A stretch of 64,000 nt of DNA from Eledone cirrhosa (lineage: Eukaryota): contig OZ024742.1 of NCBI GenBank assembly GCA_964016885.1, positions 307,644,001 through 307,708,000 on the forward strand, given 5' to 3'. This document shows, in pieces, positions 1 through 13,699 of the stretch. Both the position numbers and the translations under genes were made by a program. Under the pieces are notes generated by a model. That model worked only from the letters and a program-made list of their open reading frames with translations, had not been told where the DNA came from and searched no databases. Numbering within the stretch: position 1 is the first letter of the stretch; every line of letters starts with the position of its first letter.

Positions 1-435
1 TCGTTGTTGGTGTCGGAAGTTTGTGTAATCCTTTTCCTATCGAAGTGGAAGGCCCTCCATCTAATCCGCCGAATAAATTCGTTGGTCCTTTGTATCATAC
101 CAAGAATGTATTCTTTTTTACCCTGAATGGGTATGTTTTTTAAGGACATACCACAATGATGTTTTTCCATTTCAGAGACGTAGGTTGATAGGTTGCTCGA
201 CTGTAAAGGAGTGTGAAGAATTAGTAAATTTGTATTCCAATGTTACTAAGTAGTTGCATTGGATGGCGTCAACCGACGTCAGAGATTGCTCAACGTATAA
301 TAAAGTGTGTTTTAAAATCCGGAGAAAATATGGAGAAGAAGTTTATGAAATGGAAATGCGGGTATACAGAATTTATTAGGTAACAATTGTTTCCTAATAA
401 ATTCTGTATACCCGCATTTCCATTTCATAAACTTC

Positions 436-440
<5 letters not shown>
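1..440 (-). mobile_element. 5' part of a Penelope-like element (ORF N-terminus runs off the window), ending in a fold-back palindrome
   Basis: The minus strand from ~149 reads MSLKNIPIQGKKEYILGMIQRTNEFIRRIRWRAFHF, a KNIP...FIRR.RW.A pattern typical of PLE ORF N-termini. A palindrome at 333-440 is followed by (TC)n(TA)n. Confidence 0.6.
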
Positions 441-479
<39 letters not shown>

Positions 480-1235
480 GACAACGTCATCAAGGAAAAC
501 AACACGGAGCAACAATGATTGAATATTCGTTTGACACTTGATGTAGTTGGAAAATTATCATAACGTTTTGAATGTCATTTCGTCGTCGGGAGATAGAATA
601 AAAGGGACCAGGAAGGGCGTTTGAGAAAGAGCAGAAACAAAAGGGAGATATACGAGAGTCGACAGACAAAGAAAACTGGAGTACGTAGATAGGAAAAAAG
701 GTGTTATCGTCAGTCAGCATTTTTGACAATATACTGTGATTCCTTTCATGAGTAATAGCGTCGTTCGAAATTGACCGTTACTTATTTGATTAAGCTAACA
801 ACGATAACATGCAAAGTCCGCCTTGGTGGAAAAATCTATGATCGGTAGTGCATAGTTTCAATCTATAGATTTCTCTTTTATGGACCTAACTCGCTTTCGC
901 TGCTCCAGTCATGTTAGTATGATTCAGACTCTGTAAGGGTATGGACCTTCATGCCAATTGCAAAGTATGGTGATATCTATATGGATTTTTACGTTTTGAT
1001 TCATGATGTTAAAAGCGAGAAATTTCTGTCAGGTCCGGGTTTTCGGGTTGGTGTGACATTTTCTTAGGAACTGTTCAGTACGAGAATCACAACTCGTTAC
1101 TTCTTGTCATGTTACTAGTTATCTTAGTCGTCGGAACTTTCTTTAAGAGCAAGCCACATATCGAAATGATTGGAAAAAAGAACAAAGACAAAAATAGGAA
1201 AAGATCTTTGAACAATAACAACAACAATGATAATA

Positions 1236-1422
1236 ATGATTTCTACTATAGGCACAAGGCCAGCAATTACTGGTACTTTATTTTATCGACCCCGTAAGGA
1301 TGAAAGGCAAAATTAACCTCGGCGGGATTTGAATCTAGATCATAAAGGGCCGTAACTCTATGCTGCAAAGCATGGCGTCAGACCCTCTATCGATACTGCC
1401 AATCCACCGCCAATCCACCGCC
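1236..1422 (-). mobile_element. tRNA-derived SINE (Meta-domain-like core)
   Basis: Minus strand has an A box (TGGCAGTATCG), a B-box-like GATTCAAATCC and the core GCCTTTCATCCTTACGGG-TCGATAAAATAAAGTACCAG. Flanking duplication AACAACAATGATAATAATGA. Confidence 0.85.
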
Positions 1423-2422
1423 AAACAACAATGATAATAATGAGAATAATAATAATAAACTAAATCTTCTAGACATATCGTAATAGGTATTTTGAATGCA
1501 AAGTCACTCCTTACTCTTTGCATCTGTTATATGATTATATTACGAACGCATTTTCTTTTTATTGTTGATATAAACTATGCAGATTTAGGTAAAAGCAAAT
1601 AACGAATCATATTTACCGGCAATTGCAAGGCAATAATGGTGTGTAATAGCGAAGACTTTACAAGAACAAGGTAAATATATAGGAATCAATGATAGAGTGG
1701 GCAAATATTCACAGCTGATTTTTGCTTTAAATCTGTGTTTTGTTTTACTTCTTGAAACAGTCCAACTCAATCACCTGAAAACAAGTATTTGAAATGGATT
1801 ACTGGAAACCAAATAACTATTTAGATAGGTTATAATTTTTTCCCAATTGTGTAACGTTAAACTCAATGCTGGGTGTGCTGAAAGTATGAAGCGGTCCAAT
1901 AATCTTTGGTTAAATTTTCAATTAGCTGTGTTGTTGCCCTCGAGTTGAACGTTGTCTAGACAGAGCAACATTATCAAATCACATTGTGTCACTTCAATAT
2001 ACATAGCGTGAAAAATCTAATATCAATAAAAAGAACTAAACTAAAACTAAGCTAAATACATACAACAACAACCATGACAAGAACAAAATGAAGTCCAAAA
2101 GAATCCAAATAAAAAGGATAGTAAAGAAAAAAAGTTTAATTTCCTGTAAAAAGGATATTGCTTAATTGAAAATATATGTTTGCCAAGAAACGATATTTAT
2201 AAAGTTAAAAGTTGTTATTGCGATTCTGCTGCGCTAGCTAAAGTTTACATCTGTTTACATAGAGGTACAGTTACCTTATTGTTCATTCATCATTATCAAC
2301 ATCACCTATAGTACGTGTGATATACAATTAGTTTAAAGTATAGTTTTCTCATTTGAAAATAGAATTAGAAAAAAGAATTGAGATATACATATAGAGACAT
2401 ACAGAGGCACTTACACACATCG

Positions 2423-2483
<61 letters not shown>

Positions 2484-2495
2484 TACATACATACA

Positions 2496-2551
<56 letters not shown>

Positions 2552-2586
2552 TATATATATGTATATTTATTAAAATAACAGATTAA

Positions 2587-2637
2587 AGTTTAAGCAAAGA
2601 ATCGCTGCTTTCACCCTTAACGGGATCTTCTGAAACT
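2587..2637 (-). ncRNA. Hammerhead-ribozyme-like motif in pLTR (mirror copy 5286-5336 +)
   Basis: AGUUU-CAGAAGA-UCCC(GUUAA)GGGU-GAAA-GCA...UGC-UU-AAACU. Stems I-III form, but the core has a U4A change. Confidence 0.55.
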
Positions 2638-3563
2638 AACAAAGTCAATCTGTAAACGCAGAACTGGATATTTCAAAAAACGTTGCAACCGGAGGAAGAC
2701 AGGAAGACGATACTTTGGTTCATGGTGACGTTCGCTGGCAAAGAACGGGAAAAAACGAATAATACGTCATTAATAGGAGCGGTGAAAAACAATTACGTGC
2801 AAGGACAGAACCACGTTTATGGTATAAAAGAGGTCGTAGACTAATGTTCTCTAAGTGGTGCATAGAGACGTTCTCTGGCAATGAACGAAAAAACGAAGAT
2901 AATAAGTCATATATGGAGCGTGGAGAACAATAGCGTGCAAAGACAAAACCACGTAAATGGTATAGCAGAAGTCGTAGACTAAAATTCTAACTAGGAGACC
3001 GAATGAATCTCCGCTACAGAGTTAAGAACAAAGTAAATAAATACAGTACAAAAGTAATAGGAACAAATAAATACATACACGTAAACAGAAACGTACATAC
3101 ACAAGCATACGCAAAACCTTACCATAGGTATACAAAACCACGCACATATAAATATGTGTATGTGTGTATGCTTGTGTACAAATAAATAAATAATTATATA
3201 AATGTATATAAGTAAATAAATACGTATATAACAAGCGCACACACATACCTACAAATAAATACATGAAGGTTCGGAGACGTAAGTCAACTAAAACAAGAAG
3301 TACACATATACACACACCCACCATACGTACGAACCTGCATACTCACGCAGACGCAAAACTCCCATATACACATAACCAAGCCCTAAATACCAGAATATGT
3401 AAAAATTATACGCCAAAACAGTCAAATATACGTACGAGAAGGTATACATACCTTCACAAAACATACGGGTAATATATACTTACCTATGCAAATAAGTAAA
3501 GGAATAAACAAAACATATACTTAGCTCCCACATCAAGACGTAAATATCCACGTATAGATCGTG

Positions 3564-4864
3564 CTATCCGTTAGGGTATAACGTAGGGCTGTAATACAGG
3601 AAAGTTTTGTGCAATTTATGTTTACAAGCCGAAATTGCCTCAGATTTTTTGTTTAGGATGTGGTCTGTGGCGTAGAGTATTTCCAGGGCCTCAGCGGCGC
3701 AGAGGTCACATGGTCTTTTATTTCCGTTATACGATCTAGCCCTAGCTAGGATCTCCCAGTGTAACTTATATTGGGTGTGGTTGTCTTTTAGACTCCAGAT
3801 ATAAGCTGAAAGTGACGTCATATTCTTTCTTAGAGGGTAACGAAAAGAATGGGTATGCATGTAAAGACGCTGCTTGAAACTATTGGCGGTTAACCCTATG
3901 TAGGCCCTACGGGACGTGGGTGTTACAACCTTACATTTGTAGACAATGTTACTAGAGAGGCATTTCCCGGATAGGGGACAATCAGCCCGATTCCTACAAT
4001 TACAGTTAGTACTAACTACAGGGTTGCACGTGTTCCTACGGCTAGGTAGTTTAGCTAAATTTGAAGCTGTGATGTTATGTGCAAGGTTAGGAGTCGTTGA
4101 GTAAGAAATTTTAATAGTGTTTCTATTAAAAATTTTACTATATTTATGTGTAGGGGGAAAATACTTCGTAATAAGGGAAAGAAAGATCTTAGCTAATGGT
4201 GTGGTCACCTCCATATTATATGGTGGGTTAAACCAACAAATGCGACGGGATCTATTTCTTCTAGGTCTATTCTCGTACTCTGTATATGCTACCTTATCGA
4301 CAAATCCACTTCGAGCAAGAGCTTCATTGTAATAAGTGGAATGGTCGTTGAAAATGCGCTCGTTGGTGGAAAGACGGGAAAGCCTCAACGAAACGTTTTT
4401 ACCAGGTTCTTGGTTATGCTGGCAGGATGGTTGGAATGCTTACTTATGTAATTAAGCGTATCATTCGGCTTTCTATACGGGTAATGCAACCCATTCAATA
4501 AATTGAGGGTAACGTCGAGGTAATTAACGACCGAGAGATTGGCCTCAACCTGTATAGAGAGGTTGAAGCCTTTAAAGAAGGCTGTGAGTTCTTTTCTGAA
4601 TCTGTCGCAAGCACGAGGTCCGCACTTAGTCATGGTCAAAAGGCCATCGTCACGGTACAAACCACCGCCCGCGTTGGGGAATTCGTCCTTGATAGAGAAA
4701 AGAAGGAAAAGGCCAATAAGATCAGTAACCTCCGCAGAGTCACTGGCGCCCATACTCACGTCGAATGGGGTACTATTGGATTTTTTAATCCAAATAGAAT
4801 CGTCGAAATTAATCACCGACTTTCGGGCATTAAGGATGACATCAACTTCGAAATCCTTAACCAC
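3564..4864 (-). pseudogene. Penelope-type RT (C-terminal half) + GIY-YIG endonuclease, frameshifted at ~4386
   Basis: FDVSMG..DSAEV, GLYRDDGL, VNYLDVTL, YRKP, SNHP, WFNPPY, Cys-rich linker CNCR..CPL.G.CL, NIVYKC...YIGLT..FKQR. Confidence 0.9.
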
Positions 4865-5441
4865 TGTGAGTTTGTACTGTATTTATTTACTTTGTTCTTA
4901 ACTCTGTAGCGGAGATTCATTCGGTCTCCTAGTTAGAATTTTAGTCTACGACTTCTGCTATACCATTTACGTGGTTTTGTCTTTGCACGCTATTGTTCTC
5001 CACGCTCCATATATGACTTATTATCTTCGTTTTTCCGTTCATTGCCAGAGAACGTCTCTATGCACCACTTAGAGAACATTAGTCTACGACCTCTTTTATA
5101 CCATAAACGTGGTTCTGTCCTTGCACGTAATTGTTTTTCACCGCTCCTATTAATGACGTATTATTCGTTTTTTCCCGTTCTTTGCCAGCGAACGTCACCA
5201 TGAACCAAAGTATCGTCTTCCTGTCTTCCTCCGGTTGCAACGTTTTTTGAAATATCCAGTTCTGCGTTTACAGATTGACTTTGTTAGTTTCAGAAGATCC
5301 CGTTAAGGGTGAAAGCAGCGATTCTTTGCTTAAACTTTAATCTGTTATTTTAATAAATATTTGCTCTTCGGTTCTTATATATTTGATATATATTTTCCTT
5401 ATCGAGCCCTCTCTGGATTTAGTCTTCAATTTTATTATTAT

Positions 5442-5493
<52 letters not shown>

Positions 5494-5538
5494 GGTAGGT
5501 AGGTATAGCGCAACTCACGTCCGTGGGGCGAGTTTGAG

Positions 5539-5690
5539 TATAATTATTAAGACCAGTTACTACAACAGTGCTATACCAGGTTCGGTCCATTTTCATCGGC
5601 ACAGGTTGAACAAGCTGGTCTTCAGGGCTAATCAAACGTACGTACCTGATATGGTGCCATTGTAGTAACTGGCCTTAATAATTATATATA
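5539..5690. repeat. Small inverted-repeat element between (TA)n tracts
   Basis: Arms TATAATTATTAAGACCAGTTACTACAA / TTGTAGTAACTGGCCTTAATAATTATA. The interior minus strand has CTGAAGA...GAAA. Confidence 0.7.
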
Positions 5691-6299
5691 TATATACGTT
5701 TCCTACCTATTTCTATCTATCGTTGTTAGGGTTATAAACTACGGCCACATACACCTGGTGTCATACTCTCTTAACTTTGTATTTACTCTCGACGAAAATG
5801 TATTAACTTTTCGATCTATCAAATGTTTTGTGATCACCTCAAAGAATTCTATTGGTATCTTCAACTCTACTGTGGCTACATCTTCGACTTATACATCTCA
5901 ATGAATGGATAAAATATACAGAACAAATATCACTTTGAGAAGTAATTCTACATATTAAACTTATGCCAAAATCTCAATTTAGGTGAGTATAAGTTAGGCA
6001 GACTAAAATACGTTAGTCTAACTCATATAATCGTCTCACTACCATGGTTTCAAAAGCAAAAGAAAAAATACTAGCCTTTTCAAATCATTGGAATAACCAA
6101 TATTGGAAAAAAACATGTTTTATCGTCAGGGGAGGATTCTTTGGAACAAGATGATATTTATCAGAAAGTATACAGACCATTTTGTTGTCAAAATCGCATG
6201 CTGTCCAACACATTGCTTTGATGAACTACTAAATGTAGAAATCTGTCTATATATATATCAGGACAATGCGACAGGTTTATAATGACGCTAAAAACCATC

Positions 6300-6686
6300 T
6301 AAATCAACACTACAATGTGGTTCCGACAACGAAATGATTGCAGTATCCGGCTGTAAAAAACAATTGAAAAAAAGAAACGTCGAGAGTACGTTTCAATGGA
6401 TACGCCAAGGACACGACAATTAATGTAGTGTTGGTGATTTAGACAATAAGCTCATCCTGTCGACTCTGAAACGAATGCACGACAACCTCTTTCGTGTTGG
6501 TGGACGATAACATACACACAATACAAATTGTGGAGTACGGGGACGTAAAAAACAAGATGCAGGCTTCTGGCCCACTAGAGAGGTCAATAGTTCCACTTGA
6601 GTAGTGACTTGGTCACTGACGGGCCAACCAACCCTTACTAGCAGGGTAAAATGGACGTTAAATAAGGTTGATGATGATGATGATAT
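6300..6686 (+). mobile_element. Decayed RTE-like LINE 3' end
   Basis: Terminates in AAAATGGACGTTAAA...(GAT)n, an RTE-style tail. The upstream coding sequence is too degraded to translate. Confidence 0.4.
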
Positions 6687-8869
6687 GCATTTTCAGTTTA
6701 TTTGTGGCTGGAGTGAGGAAGGGGAAAAGTTAATTCAGACTAGAATTCTTACAACAAAAGCGAGTCTTCTAAACTCAATCGTGGCGTAGGTGTGCTGTTA
6801 TACTATGCAACGTATGTATATATGTATTTTATTTGTTTCGCGTGCATATGATAAGCTTGATTCTCTCTATGCGTGTATGTACTTAAAGGTACGTGTATGT
6901 GTGCATGTGTGTGAACGTGTATATGTGTAAGTGGGAATTAAGTAAAATATTAAAGACAAATTGAAATGATATAAACATATTTTCAAAATTCATAGAAATA
7001 CAATTCAGCTGACTCTTTTGTTTAATCTAAATAGTATATTAAGTTCAATATCTGTATGCTAATCTTATATTTAAACATTAATTTTATATTTGTATATTAG
7101 TCTTATATTCATATACTAATTTTATATTTGGAGCTTAAATTTGTATATTTATGGATGTGACAAAATGCCACTAAGATTTATCAGTTTTTCTTATAATTAC
7201 TTGCAATTGTAAAATATTTCTATTGGGAAGAAATGGCAGAAGGTATCCATCAACTGAAAAGTAAAGTACATCTTTGCGAACAAATTACATTGTATTAAGA
7301 AATCTATGTTAATAAAGACCTGGCTCACGTCTATGCGCTCTGATTTAATATACTGCCGACGCCAACGTAGATTCTTTATCTGTTTAGGGGTCGATAAAAT
7401 ATAGTAGCTGTCTATAGCAGTGGATTAGTGAAATTGTGAGAAAAAGGAAGTGTTTTACCTAATAGTTTCCGGCTCTTATCTTCCTGAGTTCAAATCCCGC
7501 TTTGGTCTGCTTGGATGATAAACTTAATCTGTCTCTCTGTTTAGCACAACCTCTTCGTCCTTATTACCTTTAGTGGAGTTTACTACACTGCAACTATTCA
7601 GGTCAAGACTCGGTTGGAAGATACCTTTATCTTTCTCTACCCTCATAATGGCGTTACAGAAAATGGCTATGGGTGCTGCCCCTCCCTCACTGATACATCA
7701 CTGAAACAAATATTAAATAACAGTATGCAACCCTACACATTCACCACGTTTACATAGAACAAAGTGGATAATATGAATGTAGATAGGGAGATGTTATTGC
7801 GCGAAATTTGAATTTTCTGACTTCTTAAATTAAAGCAGGTATTCGACGACAAAATATCCGTTTTACTATCGTTCAAGATGCAAGTACTGGTTAAAAGGTT
7901 TTCTTTTTAAGTTATTATTAGAATAGGTTCTTCGATAAATATCTATGTGGCATTTTCAGAATCATGGAATAGGAAAAGCGCAATCACTGGTTAACTCTCT
8001 ATAATAATGTTATGGCCTGTTGTATAATAAAAACAAGCCCATAAAATTGTATGCCACAGCTGCTGTTTTCTACAGAAGTGGGTAAGGAAGGTATCTTTAA
8101 GCCGGAGAATTTATGTAAATCCTTTTAACATTAGCCCAGATGTCAGATAGCAATGTTAAGCGGGGTGAGGGTTAAATCGACCACCTAACTACGCCATACC
8201 GGAAAAAAGAACGCAAAGCATCTCATCCTACAGTCTAACAATTCTGTCATAAATCATTTATTTTATCGTCCCCGAAATGATGAAAACCTAAGTTAACCTT
8301 GGCGGGGTTGGAACTGAAAGTGCAGAGAACCAGATCAAATTAGCACAAGACAAATTGGAGAGCGTAGCTTTGCTGTAACATGCCGAATGAATCCAAATAC
8401 AATTATAGAGAAACCCATATATTTTGAGGTAGAGAAGGATAAATCCTTAAACATGAAATAATTTTGACACAAAGCCTTTATGATTTAATGTTAAATGGAT
8501 CAAAATATGTAAATGCTTGGAATATAAGGTAGCTAAAGCAGAAGCTGTGACAAGAAAATATATTTGTCGAATGCGTACTTTATTGCAATGTATGTTTCTA
8601 ACTTTCGGACATATATCATTCACACTAGAAATATTCAACAGAAGCAGAATCTTGCTTTAGCTAGTGTTAATGGATGATTGATTAAGTAAAGATAATAAAA
8701 TGTATATTTGTTGACACAAAAAGAGGATCTCTGTTCAGCTGTATTTGATAAATTTAGAAACTTATCATAATGAATGATGGTTGAAAACCAACAGTGTGTT
8801 AACAATGTGTTATCTGTTCTTAGATATATTTTATCAACGGGTCGTTGATATATGAGAAGCACGTACAAA

Positions 8870-9200
8870 TTTAGGAACCGATGAATCTCCGTCGGTTTCA
8901 ACGATGGATATTCCAGTTGCTCAAATAACGGAACAACCTGCTCATGAAATTAATGTGTAAGAGGCTCAAGATTCCACAAACACGTTTACACTCAAAATAA
9001 TTCTCGGGGAGAACCAGTGTAAGGTCGTGTGTGACAATCCTGACCCTTTCTATAACATGTACAGTCCATCTTGCGAGCTTCAAAACAGTTTCTGTCTACA
9101 AAATTTCAATCACAATGCCTGTAAAGTCTCGAGGCAATGTTATATGCCACGCAATGAGATTCATCTTAATGATTCCGAAAGGAACCTCTTAACCATTCGG
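8870..9200 (-). mobile_element. Old SINE family 2 copy (related copies 43741-44080 +, 56270-56400 -, 61520-61800 -)
   Basis: Shared blocks CTCCGTCGGTTTCAACGA, ACGGAACA.CCT..TCATGAAATTAATG and CAGTTTCTGTCTACA recur in diverged form. Confidence 0.55.
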
Positions 9201-9698
9201 TAATGTTGAGTTCACTCGTAAATAATAACTGAAAGAAAAAAACATGTGCGAAGATTTAAAATTTAATGCGACGTTTCATTTTTCAGTAACACTTTCAAGA
9301 AAACATTCGTTAATTTCACTGAATGCTGACCTCTAATCAATTAAGCGTCGAATAGTTTATTGACTGCAGGAATTAGATTCTCAGTTGTTATTCAGTATCA
9401 TTCAAATAACTTTATATATGAATGACATTGAAATATATTCGATCTGAAAACCAATAATGAAAGTTTTAAAACTTTTGATTTCGTAATTCTGTAATGGAGC
9501 TTTCATAAGAGACAGTAAGTCTACTTTGCTTGTCTTAGAAATTTCAGGTTGCTTTGAGTTTGAATTTGGAATTATAAAAGACCACTTATGTCAACTATTC
9601 TCCCAGAAGCAAATATGGAACAAATAAATAAAGAAATATTATTATTTTTATTATTCTTTGAGTCTCAGTCATTGATTATTATTATTATTATTATTATT

Positions 9699-12600
9699 AC
9701 AGCTGCATTTATCTTGCTTTATGTTCATACGAGTTATCACCAAGTCACAACCAGTGACCTCAAGAGACAACAAGGTCCGCCATGTTCAAGAAAGAACATA
9801 CATACTCACACATGCATCTTTAGTGTTTAAACTTGTGATGTACTTATATTGACAGAATCTTCCTTAGTATATGGGCAGAGTTCATTAGTACTATCTTTTG
9901 TATTTCTCCTATACGCGGGTTTCCTGGGATTTGCGATAAGTAATCATTAGACCCCTTAGGTATCATTCCTAGAGCGCCTACAACCACTGGTATTGTTTTA
10001 GTTCTCAATTTCCACATTTTTCCAATTTCTATCTCCAGGTCCTTATACTTGCTCAATTTTTCAAATGTTTTTATAGATACATTCTTGTCTATTGGAACGG
10101 ACATATCAATTAGCAAGCATACCCTCTTTTTAAAGTCCTTCAGTATTATATCAGGTCTATTTGCATCTATTTTTCGGTCTGTTTGGATGCTAAAGTTCCA
10201 CAAGATTGAGATGTGATCTTTTTCAAGTATGGGAGGTGGTTGATGCTCCCACCAATTCTTTTGATGGGGCAGGTCAAAATGCTTACACATTATCCAATGT
10301 ATGTATTGTGCAGCTCTGTCATGCCTGTTTAGGTATTCGGTTGGAGCTATAGGACTGCACATTGAAATTATATGGTCAATGGTCTCTGGTTGTTTTTTAC
10401 ATACACGGCATAATGGGCTGCATCCATTTTTTATTATGTTGGCTTGGTAATTTTTTGTTGGCAGACACTGATCTTGTGCTGATATAATCAGTCCTTCAGT
10501 CTCCGATTTCAGTCCAGAGGATGCCAACCACTGATGGGTTAAAGTTTTGTCAACATCAGGATTGTTAGCTCGTTCTGGATATTTTCAATACAGAGGCTTT
10601 TCTTGCCATTTCTTAGCCAGTTTCTGTAGCAGTTCTTTCTTTGCAGTTACTTTTACCTGCTTTGCTTTTTCTGTGTTTTCCATTTCAGCAGTAAATGGGA
10701 CTTCTGAAATGTGTAGTCCATTACTGTATCTTTGTGCATCTTTTGTAATGGAGTATGATCTTTTGATGCTTTCGTGTTTCAAAACGAGTTTGATCATCCA
10801 ATCACGTGATTCCCTTAGATATGTAGATAATCCAATTGTTGCAGTTTTCAACGCAATGTCTAACTGGATTAACCCACGTCCTCCTTCTTTCCTAGGGAGA
10901 TATATTCTATCTGTATCTGCCTTAGGGTGATGCATTCTGTGCATGGTTAAGAATTTTCGAATTTTTGTATCGAGCCTACGGATCTCTGTGCTTGACCAGT
11001 TGATGACATTGTAACTGTAGGTTACTACTGGTATGGCAAGCGTGTTTATGGCATCGATCCTATTCCTTGCATTCAATTCCGTTCTTAAGATTGCTCTTAC
11101 TCTGCGGTAACATTCCTTCCTTATCCTTTCCCTCATTGTCGAGTGCTTGATTCCGTCTCCTTCACAAACACCTAGATATTTGTAAGTTTCCACTTGATCA
11201 AGTTCTCTTATCACATTCCCTCGATCAAGATTAATGTCTGAACTTTTCAGCAGCTTTCCTCTGGTGAACGTTGTTTTGGTGCATTTATCTAGTCCAAACT
11301 CCATTTTAATGTCATCACTGAACTGCTCCACAGTGGATAATAGCCCTTGCAATTGTTCATTATTTTTTGCAAATAGTTTCAGGTCATCCATGTAGAACAA
11401 GTGATTAATGGTTTTGTCATAGACTCTATATCCATGTTTTGTTTCATTGAGCATTTTACTTAATGGTATAAGTGCGATGCAGAATAAAAGTGGTGATAAA
11501 GAGTCACCCTGAAAAATTCCACAATTAATATTAACTTCTCCAGCTTCCAGTGATTTTGTTTCACTATTCATAAGGAGTGTCGTTTTCCATATCTTCATAC
11601 TGAATGACAAAAATCTCCTGACAACGGGGGATATTTTGAAAATCTCTAAACATTTTTCAATCCAACTGTGTGGCAAACTATCGAATGATTTTTTATAATC
11701 TATCCAAGCAATTGATAGGTTTTTGTGTCTATTTTGACAAACTTCCAGTATCATTTTGTTAACCAAAAGCTGACCCTTACAGCCATATGAGCCTCGTTTA
11801 CACCCTTTCTGCTCAACGGGAAATAGGTCATTTGTTATCAGGTGGTCATATGTATATTCAGTTAGGACTGATGTTAAAATTTTATACATTGTGGTCAAGC
11901 AAGTTATCGGTCTGTAATTTTTGGGATTGTTTGTCTCATCATTCTTCGGAAGAAGGAATGTAATGCCGTTAACTAGCCATGATGGTATCTTTTCTGGCTC
12001 CTTAACTATTTCATTGTAAATTTGGGCTAACAGCTCATGAGACTCTGTGAAGGCATTTATCCAAAAATTTTGTATTTTGTCTTTTCCTGGGGATTTCCAT
12101 TTACTGGTTTTTCTTAGAGCCAAACGCAACTGTTCAACTGTTATATTTTCCCATATTTGTTCCTCAAGGTGAGCTGTATCTTTCATTTGTCTGTCTATCC
12201 ATGGGGCATGTATATTATGAACTTTTTCTTCGGCCCAGATCTTTTCCCAGATATCTTGCACTTCCTCCTTGGGTGGTATTGATTTAGCAGTTATTGTTGA
12301 CTTACCAATTTTTCTGTAGAAGTTTCTTTGGTTGGGTTTGAACATATTATTGTCCTTATAGAATCTAGATCGTTTTTCAAAACGCCTTATACGAGCAGCT
12401 TTGGCCGACACTTTTTGCTTGATTATTTCTATCATCATGTCTATGTCACTTGTTGGTTTTATACTGTACTTTCTTTTCAATTTTCTAAGTTTAGTTTGTT
12501 TAACATGTTCACCTACTTTATAGTTTTTTAAAATTTCTATGTCAGATCGGAGAAGGTTTATTTGGCGATTGATGTTCTCTTGCCAAGTAGATTTCTTGTG

Positions 12601-13690
12601 GGAATTCCTTTATTTTTTCATCTTCACTCCACATAAGTGAGTGGTGACTTTAGCCAATGCATAATAGAGATGATTTAAATCAGTAATGTTTAGTGTGTTT
12701 GTGATGATAATGTTTTTGATAATTATGTTAGTCTTGTGTATTATCTTTTGGTTCTGTTTGGAGTTCTGGATCTTAGGGAAGGTGTCTCGTTTCCCCATGT
12801 CAGATTCTTTCATTTTCATCCATTCGATCATAATTTCATCCTTCAAGTTAGCAAGTTCATTCTCATTCATTTCTTTATCATTTACGATCTCATTGTTTTC
12901 ATTTGGAGTTTCATCTTGAGCATGCACTCCCTCCACTTTTTCGATCCTTTCTTTAATTTGTTCTGTTGTCAGTGATTCCGCCCCAACCCTGGGATTCGAA
13001 GTGTTACAATTTACCTCGTTTTCACTGACACATGTTTCATTTTCCCTTCGCTGACTTTGTGCTTGATCTGATCAATTTCTATATCAGTTAGTAACTTTTT
13101 TTTTTACAATACTTCTTCGTATATTGACTAGTTTGTTACTGTCAATATAGCCTCTGTTTTCGGGATGTTTCTTTTTCCATTTGATATATGTCTGTTCTGT
13201 ATTCGATGTATTTGATGGGTAGTACATCGCAGTGTAGAAAGCCTCAAGGACTTCTTTATTATCTTCCCTTGACCATTTTTCTCTCTTTTTCTTTGGATTT
13301 CTTGGTGGTGAGCATGGAGGGCCAATAGTAGGAGTATTCCGGTTATGGGAGGTCTCCAGCTCCAAAGTGATGGGAAGGTTTGAACCATTAGCTGATTTTT
13401 CGACCCCAGTCTGGTTCCTCTCTGAGGGACGCAGCCCTTTTTTACCCGGGTGACGGCCGATCCGGTATGAGATTTTATCATTAGAAATTTACTTTATTTT
13501 GTCGCGTTTTATCCTTATCCGCCAAGGGGTAATCATTTCGTGTTACCACTTCTAGAACGAGTGTCAACCAAGACTAGAGGGGTCGTTCTCCCCTAGAGAC
13601 ACGGCTATTCCCCGCCGGCCGCCATCCCGGTATTTCTTGGTCGCGGGGTTTTCTTTTTTGTTGTTTTTTAAATTGTTATTATCATGAGTG
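9699..13690 (-). mobile_element. R4/Dong-clade non-LTR retrotransposon, family A (defective)
   Basis: Single RT-REL ORF broken by stops and frameshifts. The 3' end abuts (TAA)n at 9675-9698. Confidence 0.92.
9844..13481 (-). pseudogene. R4-type RT + CCHC + REL endonuclease polyprotein (fragments 13084-13365, 12610-12936, 10585-12480, 9844-10527)
   Basis: YRPITCL, EQKGC, WIDYKK.FD, GIFQGDSLSPLLF, FYMDDLKL, YKYLG, GGRGL, ETEG.IISAQDQ, CRVC..ETIDHI..C, RHD, NRPDI..D, K.SKY. Confidence 0.92.
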
Positions 13691-13699
13691 GTTCCTTAA

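Larger units (their letters stand above)
2563..5440 (-). mobile_element. 5'-truncated Penelope-like element with inverted pseudo-LTRs
   Basis: A ~490 bp near-perfect inverted repeat (2563-3052 / 4871-5360) plus a tail to ~5440 flanks RT and GIY-YIG ORF fragments. Both ends are bounded by (TA)n. Confidence 0.92.

Noticed and set aside
735-785. Possible hammerhead (TCATGAG...CGAAA)
   Set aside because: The core lacks CUGA and the stems could not be formed convincingly.
2563-5360. DNA transposon with long TIRs
   Set aside because: The interior encodes RT/GIY-YIG rather than a transposase, and the asymmetric tail fits inverted Penelope pLTRs.
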